Part shown: positions 9,813 to 19,971 of the stretch, one piece after another
Position numbering within the stretch: the first letter of the stretch is position 1
Layout: each line of letters begins with the position of its first letter
Source: Planctomycetes bacterium UBA1146
GTDB lineage: Bacteria > Planctomycetota > UBA8108
NCBI GenBank assembly: GCA_963579555.1
Contig: CAUZHA010000009.1
Location: 2,432 to 66,431, forward strand
Length of the DNA stretch: 64,000 nucleotides
Direction: 5' to 3'
Notes under the pieces: model-generated
The model's input: the letters and a program-made list of their open reading frames with translations, nothing else
Told to the model about the DNA's origin: nothing
The model's database searches: none
Translations under genes and position numbers: made by a program

Positions 9813-12371
9813 TCAAAAAGTGGGTCCGCTGAAAGCTGAAATAGAGGTCTGGGAAGAAAGGATGATCTGTCCCCCGCCGATATAAACCCCTCCGAAGCTG
9901 AAAAACCCCCGGCGAGCGGTATCTTTCGGCAGCAGGGCGTTGCGCTTGCTCAACCCGAAGTCGACCGTTTCAAGCTGGCCATTGCCGGCATAAAGCACTC
10001 CGCTGGATGTGAGGAGTCCGCGGGCCCTGATCGAATCCACCTCCCATGCCAGGGGAGAGCCGACACGATAGACCTTGGGCAGTCCCGACATCTTGTTGAT
10101 ATTTTCAGCGGCGACCCTCGAAAGCTTCGACCCGGAAAGCGCCCGCTTGCGGTTCGCCGCGGCCCGTAACACAGGCGGCTTCCGGGCAAGCTCGCCGGCG
10201 GCATTGAGCGAGGTGATATCAAGAGCGAAAATTCCATCCCGGCCGGAAAAATACAGCAGTCCATTGTGGGCCCCCAGCAGGTCCCTGAGATCGCCCCCGG
10301 AGTTGTCGTAGGCCCAGAGAATCGTTCCCTCCCTGCCCGGCCCGGCCGGCCCCTTGCCTGTATCGATGGCCAGAAGGTACTGCGAGTCCCGAGGGGCCAC
10401 GATGAGAACGTTCCCCAGGAGCAGCGGAGAGTTGAGCCCCCAATACAATTGCCGCAGCCGGGGTATCCTTCCCATGGTAGGCGGAGGCTTGATGTCATCG
10501 TAGGCCGTCACCCAGAGCACACGGCCGCTGCGGCTCTCAATGGCTGCTACAGCACCGAGATTCGTAAGGTAGTAGAGGACTCCATCCTCCTCCAGGAGAA
10601 ACGAGGCGAAGGGCTCCCGGCCAAGCTCTCCGAACATGGTCTGCTCCATCTGAGAGGAGGAGACCGTGGCCTCCCAGACCGTCTTGCCGGTCTTCAGATC
10701 CAGCGCGCGCAGCAGGCTGTTGATGTAGCCATCCTGCTTCCAGCCGCCCGCGAAGACCATGCCATCGCGAACCAGGGCCGGAGATGAATAGCTGATCTCC
10801 GCCGGAATCTCATTGGGACCGTAGATGTCTTTCTGTACCGAGGCTCTCAGGTCTTCGGTTCGCCAGAGAAGATCGCCGCTAGCTCCATCAAAAGCCGCCA
10901 GGGACCGCGTCGGGATGCTGACCGTAATGTCGTAACCCATGTAATGCCGGCGGCGGGAGAAGCCGGCAATATAGTGCGAGAGCAGGATTTCTCCGGGCAG
11001 GTCGACAAGACCTGAGAATCGATCAGCCGCGTCATCCAGTCCACGAGCCCAGAAGGTCACCGCGTAGATGGATGAATCGCTCTGCTCACGATAGCGTCCG
11101 CGCAGCCCGGCAGGGGTCGGCTTCTCAATCGTGCGCAGGAGCTTCCCGACTCCCGGACGTCCATCTATTTCGTAGATGCTGTAGACACCGGAGACAAACA
11201 CGGAGTTCTTCCTCACCAGGGGAACAAAGGGATAATCGATACCCTTCGGCTGGATCAGCTGCCCCCGAAAGAAGCTGTTGTTCAGCAGCGGATCCAGATC
11301 ATCCGCCACGGCAACCGTCTTTCGCAGCTCATCGTCGAGGCTGATCCAGGAAATCTCCATCGGTCCGCCGGGCAGGTCCGGGAGTCCTCCTGCGCCAAGC
11401 CTGGGTGAGGTGGCGCCGCCCGGAAGTTCTCCACCCCAATAGCTTGCGGGAGCCCGGCCTGCGCTGGCTGGAAGCCCGCCCTGGAAGGCCACCTTATCGA
11501 GCTTCTTCAGCAGCTCGAGGTAGAGCCCATGCTCCTTCTCGCCAATACCACGGACCAGCTTATCGAGGCGAGCCTTCTCATGGCTGAACAGCTCACGGGT
11601 GCCTGCGTGTTTCAGGCAAACCAGGGACTTTTCCACCAGCCGCATCAGCGTCCCGGGCTTCACGGCGCCCCTGGCTCGATCCGCCAGCACCGAGCGATAG
11701 TCGACCCAGGCCGCCTTGAATCGACCGGACTCGAAGGCGAGATCCGCGCCCAGTTCCCGGGCGAAGAGCCCGGACTCGGTAAGACCGTAGAACCTGCAGA
11801 CCTGCTGAAGAACCCTGGGGGATCCAGTCTCCTCGTAGTCGCGCAGGAGCTTGCCTGCTGCCTCACCATAGAGTTCCCTGTAGCGGGCGAGCCCTGCCTC
11901 GGGCAGCCTGCCCAGCACCAGCGTAGCCGCTCTCGACACACTCAGATAGCGCCCCCATTCCTTCGTCCCGCTGGGAGAGGCCAATTGAGAGGGCCTCCCG
12001 AACTGTCCGGGGCGAACGGGCACGGCACGAGCGCTGGGGGCCGGAAGCGGAGCGTGTTTTCCGGAATCCGATGCGAGCATCGCCTTGAGCCCAGCGAGGC
12101 GGGTCGACAAAACGGGCATCCTGATCATGCCTCCCTCATCGGAGATGACCAGCTCCTGGAGCACCCGTGCAGCCATGGAATAATTCCCGGTCTCAACAGC
12201 GCCCAGGGCCTCGACAAGACGAGAGGTCCACTCTCCCCCGCCTCCTGCAACGAAGATCTTCTCGCGGGCGAAGCTGAGAGAACCCGCCGCCAGCAGGCAA
12301 AACAGCATGACGACGGATACCGTGAGCCGCCCGCCGGAAATTTTGTTCTTCAGATCTTCTGCAGATGCCAT
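9813..12371 (-). CDS. Secreted PQQ-like beta-propeller repeat protein
   Basis: 852 aa with signal peptide (…VVMLFCLLAAGSLSFA). Multiple BamB/PQQ-like blade motifs (…GDLLWRTEDL…, …VFAGGWKQDGYINSLLRALDLKTGKTVWEA…, …SGRVLWVTAYDD…, …GTILWAYDN…). Confidence 0.6.
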   Translation of the reverse strand: MASAEDLKNKISGGRLTVSVVMLFCLLAAGSLSFAREKIFVAGGGGEWTSRLVEALGAVETGNYSMAARVLQELVISDEGGMIRMPVLSTRLAGLKAMLASDSGKHAPLPAPSARAVPVRPGQFGRPSQLASPSGTKEWGRYLSVSRAATLVLGRLPEAGLARYRELYGEAAGKLLRDYEETGSPRVLQQVCRFYGLTESGLFARELGADLAFESGRFKAAWVDYRSVLADRARGAVKPGTLMRLVEKSLVCLKHAGTRELFSHEKARLDKLVRGIGEKEHGLYLELLKKLDKVAFQGGLPASAGRAPASYWGGELPGGATSPRLGAGGLPDLPGGPMEISWISLDDELRKTVAVADDLDPLLNNSFFRGQLIQPKGIDYPFVPLVRKNSVFVSGVYSIYEIDGRPGVGKLLRTIEKPTPAGLRGRYREQSDSSIYAVTFWARGLDDAADRFSGLVDLPGEILLSHYIAGFSRRRHYMGYDITVSIPTRSLAAFDGASGDLLWRTEDLRASVQKDIYGPNEIPAEISYSSPALVRDGMVFAGGWKQDGYINSLLRALDLKTGKTVWEATVSSSQMEQTMFGELGREPFASFLLEEDGVLYYLTNLGAVAAIESRSGRVLWVTAYDDIKPPPTMGRIPRLRQLYWGLNSPLLLGNVLIVAPRDSQYLLAIDTGKGPAGPGREGTILWAYDNSGGDLRDLLGAHNGLLYFSGRDGIFALDITSLNAAGELARKPPVLRAAANRKRALSGSKLSRVAAENINKMSGLPKVYRVGSPLAWEVDSIRARGLLTSSGVLYAGNGQLETVDFGLSKRNALLPKDTARRGFFSFGGVYIGGGQIILSSQTSISAFSGPTF

Positions 12372-12463
12372 GTTATCCAGTCCACTGATTTGAACCTGCC
12401 TGTCTCTTCATCCAGCTGCCGGCAACGCGCTTCAGCTATCTTAGTTTACCGTCCGATCCCCCC

Positions 12464-14998
12464 TCAAACCAGCCGTACCACTTTTCGCAGGATCCACTCA
12501 GCGGCGAGAATAGCGGTGATGATGACGATAACCCACCACTTGTCCCAGAGTTCGTCATCCACGAACGGGGTCTCATTCGTCTGGCTGAGCCCCTGGACCT
12601 TGCCTACGGCGTTCATCACCTCGTGCAGGTCAAAGTACGCGCCTCCTGACAACTTCGCGATCTGGCGGCCCAGGGGCCGGTTCAGCCGGGTGTCCCTCGC
12701 CTCCAGGGCCGGCACCTCGACGGTATAAGAGGTAAAGGAAAATCGTTCCTCGGGTGTACCCAGCCACAGATCGTGACGGCCCCTAGCGCCGGCGGAAAGG
12801 ATCCCCCTGTAAACCCCCTGTCCCTGCAGATGGAGAGACAGATCTATCTTCTGCGGCGGCTCATCGACCTCCCCCTGCGCCTGGTGGTAGATGGAGATGA
12901 CCTCGTCCTCCGATGGATTCATGTTGGCATCGTAGACCTGGCACTCTATCCGGACGCTCTCTCCGATGCTGTAGACCTCTTTGTCTGAGGTGATGCTGTA
13001 GCGCGGTGTCTTGCCAAGCAATCTGCCCGCCGCGACAAAGCGACAGAGCTGGCCCCAGAATCGGTAGAAGTAGAGATTGTCGACACCCGCCCGCCAACGC
13101 CAGGTGTTGTCGACCGCGCTGAAGAAGGTCCGACCCTTCCCGTAATTCATGAACGCGAAAATGACCAGAGGCTTGGGCGGATTGCTCAAGGATTGAACGA
13201 GCTGGGGATGGCGCGCCAGCACCACGGCGTTCCCCTTGGCCTTGCCGACCCTGGAAAACCAGAAGAATCCGGGAAGGTGTTCATAAAAACGGCCGTCTTC
13301 GTTCTCCCAGAGCTGGCGGTTTCGAGCCGGGTCATTATCAAGCCTCATCACCGGATGCTCCCTTCCCACCGCGCTCAGCTTGACGTTGAAAGACTCCGTG
13401 ACCGGGGCAGCTACCCCCGCGAGCGGCCCCACCTCGTTGACCTGCACAGGCAGAATCGTGTAGAGATCCGTCGCGCGAGCATACCGGAGTGGATTGGAAT
13501 GCGGTCCGCTGAGGAAGATGACGCCGCCTCCCGAGGCGACAAACTCCTTGAGCAGCTCCTGGCGCCCGCCGCCGAGGTGACGTTCAGGATCGACATCCCC
13601 GAGAATGATCACGTGGTATTTGAACAGCTCCTCCTTGCGGGAAGGAAAAGCTCTCAGCGGGGGAACTCCTGTAGAGGAATCCTGGGTGAACTCGGGATCC
13701 GCCGAGAAGAGATAGACCTGCGTCTCCATGGTCTTGTCGCGAATGAGAGCGTTCTTGAGATAGCGATACTCCCAGCGTGGAAGATATTCGGCATAGAGCA
13801 CCTTGATCTTCTGATCGAGGACCGTCAGGTTGCGCGACATGGAGTTGTTGTCAGAGAAGACCTCTCCGACCTGGTGCTCGACCTCAACCGTGGCCGTAAG
13901 CTTTCCGGCCTTCCGCGGCTGGTAACGGAAGCGAACTCCCTGGCGTTTTCCGCTCCCATCGAGAACCACGTACTTCGTGTTGACGATAGCCGAATCAATT
14001 CGCAGATCGACCCGGACCCGCTCTCCCTCGAAGCCATCGGCGACCAGCGAAACATCGAAGGGGACATCATCATCCACCAGCACAACGTCGTTTACATCGA
14101 CGTTGGTGATCCGGATGTCCTTCGGCTCATCGGGATTTCCGACACCGATAGTAAAGACCGGAATCTTGCGCTCTCCCAGCCTGCGAGCGTACTCGGCAAT
14201 GGAAATAGTATCCGCGTTCTGCTGGAAGTCGCTCACCATGATCACCCCGGACACCTTCTCGCGCCGCTTGCCGAAACCGAGCCCGAGAACGCCTGAGACC
14301 GAGTCCCGGAGCCCCTCGGCCACCCTCGTCTCCTGCACTCTCGGATCATCCCGAATCTTTGAGTACGACGGCAGCAACTCGTCATCCGCGGCCGCTCCCG
14401 CGGTCTCGTCTCCGGTCTCGGAGGCGGTATTCTCATCTCCCTCGAGCTTCGAAAATTTATCGAGGCTGTTCACTGAGCCGCCAAAGGTATAGACCGCGAG
14501 CTTGCCCTTCTTCCTTAACTTCTCGATGAAACCCAGCTCCTCGTCGCGCACCAGCCTGCGCACCAGGTCATATCGCGTCGTCCCCTCGACGATATCCGCC
14601 TGGGTCCGAAACAGGCGGGCAAGAGAGTTGGGGATCTCGCGTTCGGAATACCTGTCCTTGATATCCTGGCTGAGAGAGTCATCCACCAGCAACACCAGGG
14701 TACTGTCGCTTCTTTCATAGGTCTTCGTCTGCCGCACCGGATTGGCCAGGATCAGCAGGGCCAGGGCCAACGCCAGCAGCCTCAGGCCACCGAGGGCCCA
14801 GCGCCAGCGGGGATTCCCGACCGGTTTCTCCCGCTTGTAGAAAAAAGCGACGAAGGCGATCACCAGGGGGAGGATCAGCAGGGCGACGATCCAGGCTTCG
14901 GGCATATCGAGCCAACGAATCGTCTCCTCAGTCTCGGTGACCAGCTCCGGCGTCTCGACCTGGCAAAGAAAGCTTCCTCTCAGGATGGTCTGCAGCAT
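12464..14998 (-). CDS. Membrane protein of the Bat-like operon (N-terminal TM, VWA-like segment, ThuA/GATase1-like central region, C-terminal TM)
   Basis: The ORF is open to 15082, but an internal ATG at 14998..14996 overlaps the upstream stop as TGATG (verified in sequence: tgcagcatca at 14991-15000), so 14998 is taken as the start. It has an N-terminal TM helix (IVALLILPLVIAFVAFF) followed by a second hydrophobic helix (LLALALALLILA), then a VWA-like segment (LVLLVDDSLSQD…). The central HVIILGDVDPERHLGGGRQELLKEFVASGGGVIFLSGPHS is a weak match to ThuA/class-I GATase-like proteins. A C-terminal TM helix is present (WWVIVIITAILAAEWIL). Confidence 0.5.
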   Translation of the reverse strand: MLQTILRGSFLCQVETPELVTETEETIRWLDMPEAWIVALLILPLVIAFVAFFYKREKPVGNPRWRWALGGLRLLALALALLILANPVRQTKTYERSDSTLVLLVDDSLSQDIKDRYSEREIPNSLARLFRTQADIVEGTTRYDLVRRLVRDEELGFIEKLRKKGKLAVYTFGGSVNSLDKFSKLEGDENTASETGDETAGAAADDELLPSYSKIRDDPRVQETRVAEGLRDSVSGVLGLGFGKRREKVSGVIMVSDFQQNADTISIAEYARRLGERKIPVFTIGVGNPDEPKDIRITNVDVNDVVLVDDDVPFDVSLVADGFEGERVRVDLRIDSAIVNTKYVVLDGSGKRQGVRFRYQPRKAGKLTATVEVEHQVGEVFSDNNSMSRNLTVLDQKIKVLYAEYLPRWEYRYLKNALIRDKTMETQVYLFSADPEFTQDSSTGVPPLRAFPSRKEELFKYHVIILGDVDPERHLGGGRQELLKEFVASGGGVIFLSGPHSNPLRYARATDLYTILPVQVNEVGPLAGVAAPVTESFNVKLSAVGREHPVMRLDNDPARNRQLWENEDGRFYEHLPGFFWFSRVGKAKGNAVVLARHPQLVQSLSNPPKPLVIFAFMNYGKGRTFFSAVDNTWRWRAGVDNLYFYRFWGQLCRFVAAGRLLGKTPRYSITSDKEVYSIGESVRIECQVYDANMNPSEDEVISIYHQAQGEVDEPPQKIDLSLHLQGQGVYRGILSAGARGRHDLWLGTPEERFSFTSYTVEVPALEARDTRLNRPLGRQIAKLSGGAYFDLHEVMNAVGKVQGLSQTNETPFVDDELWDKWWVIVIITAILAAEWILRKVVRLV

Positions 14999-17328
14999 CA
15001 GCCTGCCCTCCTGCCAACAAACTGCGCCAGGGCTGTCTCGAGAAAGAGCAGCGCGATAGCCGCCGCCAGGCAATATTTCCACAGCTCCCGGTCGCGCCGC
15101 AGGGCTTTCTGCTGCTGTCTGGTCTCAACCTCTTCGGAATAGTTCAGCAGCTGGCTGGCCTCGACACCGAAGTGCGACTCCAGTTCCGCGGCCCCGAGCC
15201 CACGCAGGTCGCTCTCGTCAGTCGAGACGTTGACGCTGAAATACTCGATGGTTTTCTTCGCGGCGGGAACTTCGCCTTCCTCCCCGGCGGCCTGCCCCTG
15301 TCCCTGCCTCAGCTCGAGCCTGTACAGCCCGGGAACATCCGTCTGCCCGTAGGCCAGGGAGAACCTCCCTGTGTCGTCAAGCTCGCGCATGGCCATCGGA
15401 ACGGTGCGGCTTCCAGTCAGCCCTCGACCCGGCAGGGGCGGAGCGTAAAGCCTGACCTCGTAGGCGAAGCGCGAGCTGTCGTAGAAGCGCTGGAACTCCT
15501 CCCCGATCCCGAGGTTGTCATTCAGACCGCGGAATCCGATCAGGTAGGCGATCGACTCGTAGAGAAAGACCACGTAGTCCTGCCAGGCCGGAAACTCGTT
15601 CCAGTCATCATCAGCCGAGGAGGTGAACCACAGCACCCGGCCGCGGCCGTAGGAGTTATCAAATACCGCCGGGCTCCTGTCGAGGTCGTTGTAGCGGCAG
15701 AAGACCCTGGCCGTGGACTCCTTGCCTCCGGGCTCCGCTCCCATCTTCATGAATCGGTAGAAGGGGACCAGGGCTCTGTGCAGCTCGGTTCGTTCCTTGT
15801 GCTGCGCGAAATAATCGGCCACCGGATGGGACTTGTCGGAAAATTGAAGGTAGACCGGGCTGAGGCTGTCGCCACGCTCCTCAATAACCTCAAACGGCAG
15901 CAATCGCTCAGGGCCGGGAGCGTGAAAGGTCCTGTTGTAGGTCTGAGGATCGACGTTGGCTCCCATGAAGACCACCAGGAAGCCGCCTTCAGCGACGTAG
16001 CGCCGAAGGGTCACGAGCTCCTTTACGGGAATCTCGGCCACGTTGGCAAGAACAACAAGCGAGAACCTCTTCCACTCCACGTCCCGAAGAAGGTCAGCCG
16101 TCAGGTTGACCGGCTTGAAGGGAGTGATACGGCCGCCGAGAGTGGTCATGGCATCGTCCCGCGGCTGCAGGGCTGTCTGCAGGTAGAAGGTCTCGCGCTC
16201 AAGAGGGTCGACAGCCGGATCTCCATCCACCAGGAGGATCTCGATCTGATCCCGCACATCGACCGTAAAGAACCGCTTATTGTCCACCACGAGGCCATCA
16301 CTGCGCACCTCGGCGACAACCGAGTGATATCCGGGCGAATCGAAGCGGTAGGGAAGGCTGCGGGTCACAACGCCTCCGGCCGGGATTCTCAGGATCTCCC
16401 CCGCCTGGGCTTCCCCTGGATTCCCTGTCACAGGCGGATCTACCCGCACGGTAAAGTCGAGCCCATCGACCTCTCGGCTGCCGTAATTTCTCAGCGTCAC
16501 CTGGATCTCGACAGCCACCCCCTTGGCGAAGAGATCCGGCTTGACCGTGAGATCGGTGATCGCCACATTGGCCCTGTTGCTCTCGGCAGCGGCGAACTGT
16601 GAGAACACGAGCTCGTGGCCTTCGGAGCTGAACTCATCGATGAGCTGCTTGATCTCGGGAGACCGCGGCCCCTCCTTGCCAAGCCAGTCCTTGCGCTGAA
16701 GATCACTGAGAAAGACGATCCGGCACGGCTCGGGCGTCCCTGCGGCTGTCACGAATTGATCTGCCAGGTCGGCTATGGAACGCAACGAGGTCACCAGGCG
16801 AACTCCCCGGTTGCTGCTGGCCAGACGGTCGAGCTCAGACTCGAGCAGCGCTTTCCTCGGGGCGCTCATCTGGCTCCTCTCGAAGATTACGTCCGGTTGG
16901 TAATCCAGCGTCATGACGGCCACGTAGTCGTCCTCCTTTGCGTAGGATGTGACGACATCCAGGACAGTCTGCTTTGCCCTGTCCAGCAGGCTCGATGCAC
17001 CATCCACGTACTCCATGCTATAGGAAGTGTCGATGGCGAAGATCCAGTTCTTGTTCCCCTCGCTGGAGAACGCCTGCGAATTGGAATGCAGAACCGGACG
17101 GGAGACGGCCAGCACGAGCAGAAGAAGGATGAGACAGCGGATCAGAAGGAGGAGGAGATTCTGTATCTGCAGTCTTCGCCTGCTTTTCTTCAGCGCCTTG
17201 AGGAGAAAATCCATCGCAGCCCATTTGCGGCGGCGAAAGCGCTGGCGATTGATCAGGTAGATGAGAATCGGCACACCGACGAGAGCCCCAAGCCAAAGCA
17301 GACCTGAATTGAGGAAGATTCCGCTCAC
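14998..17328 (-). CDS. BatA-like aerotolerance-family protein (N-terminal double-TM BatA_N + VWA domain)
   Basis: 776 aa. N-terminus MSGIFLNSGLLWLGALVGVPILIYLINRQRFRRRKW is the classic BatA N-terminal motif. VWA signature …WIFAIDTSYSMEYVDGASSLLDRAKQ… (DxSxS MIDAS). ATGA overlap with the DUF58 gene at 17325-17328. Confidence 0.7.
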   Translation of the reverse strand: MSGIFLNSGLLWLGALVGVPILIYLINRQRFRRRKWAAMDFLLKALKKSRRRLQIQNLLLLLIRCLILLLLVLAVSRPVLHSNSQAFSSEGNKNWIFAIDTSYSMEYVDGASSLLDRAKQTVLDVVTSYAKEDDYVAVMTLDYQPDVIFERSQMSAPRKALLESELDRLASSNRGVRLVTSLRSIADLADQFVTAAGTPEPCRIVFLSDLQRKDWLGKEGPRSPEIKQLIDEFSSEGHELVFSQFAAAESNRANVAITDLTVKPDLFAKGVAVEIQVTLRNYGSREVDGLDFTVRVDPPVTGNPGEAQAGEILRIPAGGVVTRSLPYRFDSPGYHSVVAEVRSDGLVVDNKRFFTVDVRDQIEILLVDGDPAVDPLERETFYLQTALQPRDDAMTTLGGRITPFKPVNLTADLLRDVEWKRFSLVVLANVAEIPVKELVTLRRYVAEGGFLVVFMGANVDPQTYNRTFHAPGPERLLPFEVIEERGDSLSPVYLQFSDKSHPVADYFAQHKERTELHRALVPFYRFMKMGAEPGGKESTARVFCRYNDLDRSPAVFDNSYGRGRVLWFTSSADDDWNEFPAWQDYVVFLYESIAYLIGFRGLNDNLGIGEEFQRFYDSSRFAYEVRLYAPPLPGRGLTGSRTVPMAMRELDDTGRFSLAYGQTDVPGLYRLELRQGQGQAAGEEGEVPAAKKTIEYFSVNVSTDESDLRGLGAAELESHFGVEASQLLNYSEEVETRQQQKALRRDRELWKYCLAAAIALLFLETALAQFVGRRAG

Positions 17329-18230
17329 CGTCTCAAGCTCCCCGTACGCTTGGCCAGGTAGGTCGAGAGGGCCACGTCGAGATGGTCGCTGGTATCCAGG
17401 GCCACATAATCAAAACGATTGTTCCGACAGACCCTCCTCAGCCTGCTGAGAAATTTCTCCAGCTCCCCGAGGTAGGCTTCCTTCAGGAGCCTTGGATTCG
17501 CCAGCACATCCTCCATGCCCTCCAGCCCCTCAAACATGGTCATGTTCTGAAATGGAAAGGTTCGCTCATCCTTGTCGAGCAGGTGGAAGAGAATCACCTC
17601 GTGATTGCAATAGCGCAGGTGCTTCAGACCTCGCTCAATATGCTCAATATCATCGAGCATGTCTGAGATGATTACGATCAGCCCCTTGCGGCTGATCCTG
17701 TCGGCAAACTGGTGCAGGATAACCCCGAGATCGGTCTTTTCCTTCAGCCCTGGCTTTTCCACCACCTCCAGCAGGGTCTTGAGATGGGATCCGGTGGACC
17801 GCGCGCCTACCTGGTCGCGGACCTTGTCATCAAAGAGAGCCAGCCCAACGGCATCCTGCTGGCGCAGAAGCAGGTAAGCCAGCGAGGCCGCCACCATCAC
17901 TCCGTAATCAAACTTGCTGACTTCACCTGAGGAATAGTTCATCGACTCCGATGCGTCCAGGAGGATATGGGTGTTGAGATTGGTCTCCTCCTCGTACTGC
18001 TTGATATAGAAGCGGTCAGAGCGCCCGAAGACCTTCCAGTCGATGTGGCGAATATCATCCCCGGGGACATATTCCCGGTGCTCGGCGAACTCGATACTGA
18101 AGCCGTGATACGGGCTGCGATGAAGTCCCGAGATGAACCCCTCGACGATAAGCCGGGCCTTGAGCTCCAGCCTGGAGATCCCGTTGAGGACCTTCGGATC
18201 AAGGTACTTGGAAGGCGAATCAGCAGCCAA
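17325..18230 (-). CDS. DUF58 family protein (MoxR-associated, VWA-like)
   Basis: 301 aa with the DUF58 hallmark …EFAEHREYVPGDDIRHIDWKVFGRSDRFYIKQYEEETNLNTHILLDASESMNY…. Confidence 0.8.
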   Translation of the reverse strand: MAADSPSKYLDPKVLNGISRLELKARLIVEGFISGLHRSPYHGFSIEFAEHREYVPGDDIRHIDWKVFGRSDRFYIKQYEEETNLNTHILLDASESMNYSSGEVSKFDYGVMVAASLAYLLLRQQDAVGLALFDDKVRDQVGARSTGSHLKTLLEVVEKPGLKEKTDLGVILHQFADRISRKGLIVIISDMLDDIEHIERGLKHLRYCNHEVILFHLLDKDERTFPFQNMTMFEGLEGMEDVLANPRLLKEAYLGELEKFLSRLRRVCRNNRFDYVALDTSDHLDVALSTYLAKRTGSLRR

Positions 18231-18323
18231 TCATCTCTCCCCTATTCTGCAATCCGTTGAAAATGAAGCGCGCCAACGGCGCATCTCGTCCAGTCGGAGC
18301 GCCCTGCGCTCCGGCAAAAACCA

Positions 18324-19550
18324 TCAACTGCTCGCGGCGGCCCCGGCGGCACCCGTATCGTGAACGGGAGTATCCTCGATCAGACGGGCGATGATCGTCT
18401 CGGGGCTGACTCCCTCAGCCTCGGCGCTAAAGTTGGTGAGAATCCTGTGGCGCAGGACCGGGTAGGCCACAGCCTGGACATCCTCAGCCGAGACGTGGTT
18501 ACGACCGTAAAGAACCGCCCTGGCCTTAGCCCCCAGAATCAGGTATTGCGATGCCCTAGGCCCAGCGCCCCAGGCAAGCCAGTCCTTGATGTATTCAGGC
18601 GCCTCATCCTTATTGATCCGCGTCGCCCGGGTCAACCTGAGCACGTAGCGAATCACCTCGTCGGCAACCGGCACCTTTCTCACGATCTCCTGCAGCTCAC
18701 GAATCTCGTCGCCGTCGAGAATCTCTTCAACAGTCACATCCTGCCCGACGGTGGTTCTCTTCATGATCTCGACCTCTTCATCTTCGGTCGGATAATCCAC
18801 GAAGATATTGAACATGAAGCGGTCAAGCTGCGCCTCGGGAAGCGGGTAGGTACCCTCCTGCTCAATCGGGTTCTGCGTCGCAAGAACGAAGAAGGGCTCC
18901 TCGAGCTCATGTTTAGTTCCACCGGCCGTAACCTGACGCTCCTGCATCGCCTCCAGCAGGGCCGCCTGGGTCTTGGGAGGCGTCCTGTTGATCTCATCCG
19001 CGAGAATCACATTGGCAAAGATAGGCCCCTGGAGGAACCTGAAGTTTCTCTCGCCGGTGCCCTTGTCCTCCTGGATTACCTCGGTACCGGTGATGTCCGA
19101 AGGCATGAGATCCGGCGTAAACTGGATCCTCGAAAAAGAGAGGGAGAGACATCGCGCGAGTGTCGAGATGATCAGCGTCTTAGCAAGACCAGGGACACCG
19201 ACAAGGAGGCTATGCCCCCTGGCAAAAATAGAAATCAGGATCTGCTCGAGTACCTCTTCCTGGCCAACGATCACCTTGCCAAGCTCAGCTCGAATCCGGT
19301 CATAGGCATCACGGAGTTTCTGCACCGCCTCGAGATCACCGCCATCGATCAGGTTCTCCTCGGCAGCCTCCATCTTGTCGACCTGGTCAACTTCATCGTC
19401 GTTTAATTCGGGGGGGGGTTCTGATTCGCTCATCTCTACCTTTCGCCGCCCTTTCCCGCAGGGCAAAACAGCCGCCCGGGGAAAAAGCCTGTCTGTATTC
19501 CGCAGACGGTAAATATTGGATCGTGAATTGCTCTCGACACCCTGAACCAC
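18324..19550 (-). CDS. MoxR-family AAA+ ATPase
   Basis: Clear MoxR core: …[69 protein letters not shown]… with Walker B …[34 protein letters not shown]…. The true start is uncertain: in-frame ATGs at 19550, ~19433 ([13 protein letters not shown]…) and ~19373 ([12 protein letters not shown]…), each with some RBS-like purine stretch. The third gives the most typical MoxR N-terminal length. Confidence 0.85.
   Translation of the reverse strand: MVQGVESNSRSNIYRLRNTDRLFPRAAVLPCGKGRRKVEMSESEPPPELNDDEVDQVDKMEAAEENLIDGGDLEAVQKLRDAYDRIRAELGKVIVGQEEVLEQILISIFARGHSLLVGVPGLAKTLIISTLARCLSLSFSRIQFTPDLMPSDITGTEVIQEDKGTGERNFRFLQGPIFANVILADEINRTPPKTQAALLEAMQERQVTAGGTKHELEEPFFVLATQNPIEQEGTYPLPEAQLDRFMFNIFVDYPTEDEEVEIMKRTTVGQDVTVEEILDGDEIRELQEIVRKVPVADEVIRYVLRLTRATRINKDEAPEYIKDWLAWGAGPRASQYLILGAKARAVLYGRNHVSAEDVQAVAYPVLRHRILTNFSAEAEGVSPETIIARLIEDTPVHDTGAAGAAASS
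19411..19419. repeat. G9 (coding-strand C9) homopolymer at the 5' end of the moxR CDS / leader
   Basis: Seen directly: cgtttaattc ggggggggg t. It encodes PPP (ATG AGC GAA TCA GAA CCC CCC CCC GAA…) if translation starts at ~19433. It lies in the leader if the start is ~19373. Confidence 0.6.
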
Positions 19551-19643
19551 CCAAGCCCCCGGAAAAACCGGACAGGTCTCATCACGTTATAGACAGCCGA
19601 GGCTCCGTAAACCAATAGGGTGGAAGGGTTTCAAGTCTGAGGA

Positions 19644-19672
19644 ATGATAAAATTACCCCTGTTGCCAGTCAA
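19644..19672 (-). promoter_or_regulatory. Candidate sigma70-type promoter for the MoxR/BatA operon
   Basis: Minus strand reads TTGACT (19672..19667) - 17 bp - TATCAT (19649..19644), about 90 nt upstream of the first ATG (19550). Prediction from sequence only. Confidence 0.35.
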
Positions 19673-19880
19673 ACACTATTAGGCGAATGTGACACCTTTG
19701 AGCCGACCCGAGCGGGGCCGATCGGGACGCCTCCCGGTCCGGCGATCCCGCCCCAGGGGAAAACTCCTCCGGGCGAGCCGCACGGCACAACCCGGCCGAC
19801 GCGTATTTCGACCTAACCCGACAGCCCCGTGGCATCGCCCGCAGGCGAACGAATACGTCAAACAGTGTGGCGAGTTGTTC

Positions 19881-19908
19881 TTGATTTCTCTTACTGCACA
19901 CATATACT
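19881..19908 (+). promoter_or_regulatory. Candidate sigma70-type promoter for guaB
   Basis: TTGATT (19881-19886) - 16 bp - TATACT (19903-19908) in the AT-rich divergent intergenic region. A 7-bp inverted repeat CCTTAAG…CTTAAGG lies in the predicted leader, and GGGGAG is 7-8 nt before ATG 19999. Confidence 0.3.
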
Positions 19909-19971
19909 TATCCGATTGAATTTTCCTTAAGTGACTATAGGCTCTCATGTTGGTGCTTAAGGCAATCATCC

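Noticed and set aside
11529-16602. Long plus-strand ORFs (11529..12728, 13193..14296, 15172..16602) opposite the BatA-operon genes
   Set aside because: No recognisable motifs, Arg/Gly/Pro-rich composition typical of GC-rich antisense frames, and the minus-strand genes have clear domain signatures.
19625-19650. tRNA-like T-loop sequence GGGTTTCAAGTCTGAGG
   Set aside because: No acceptor, D or anticodon stems could be built around it, and the flanking T-stem does not pair. It is more likely part of the operon leader/promoter.
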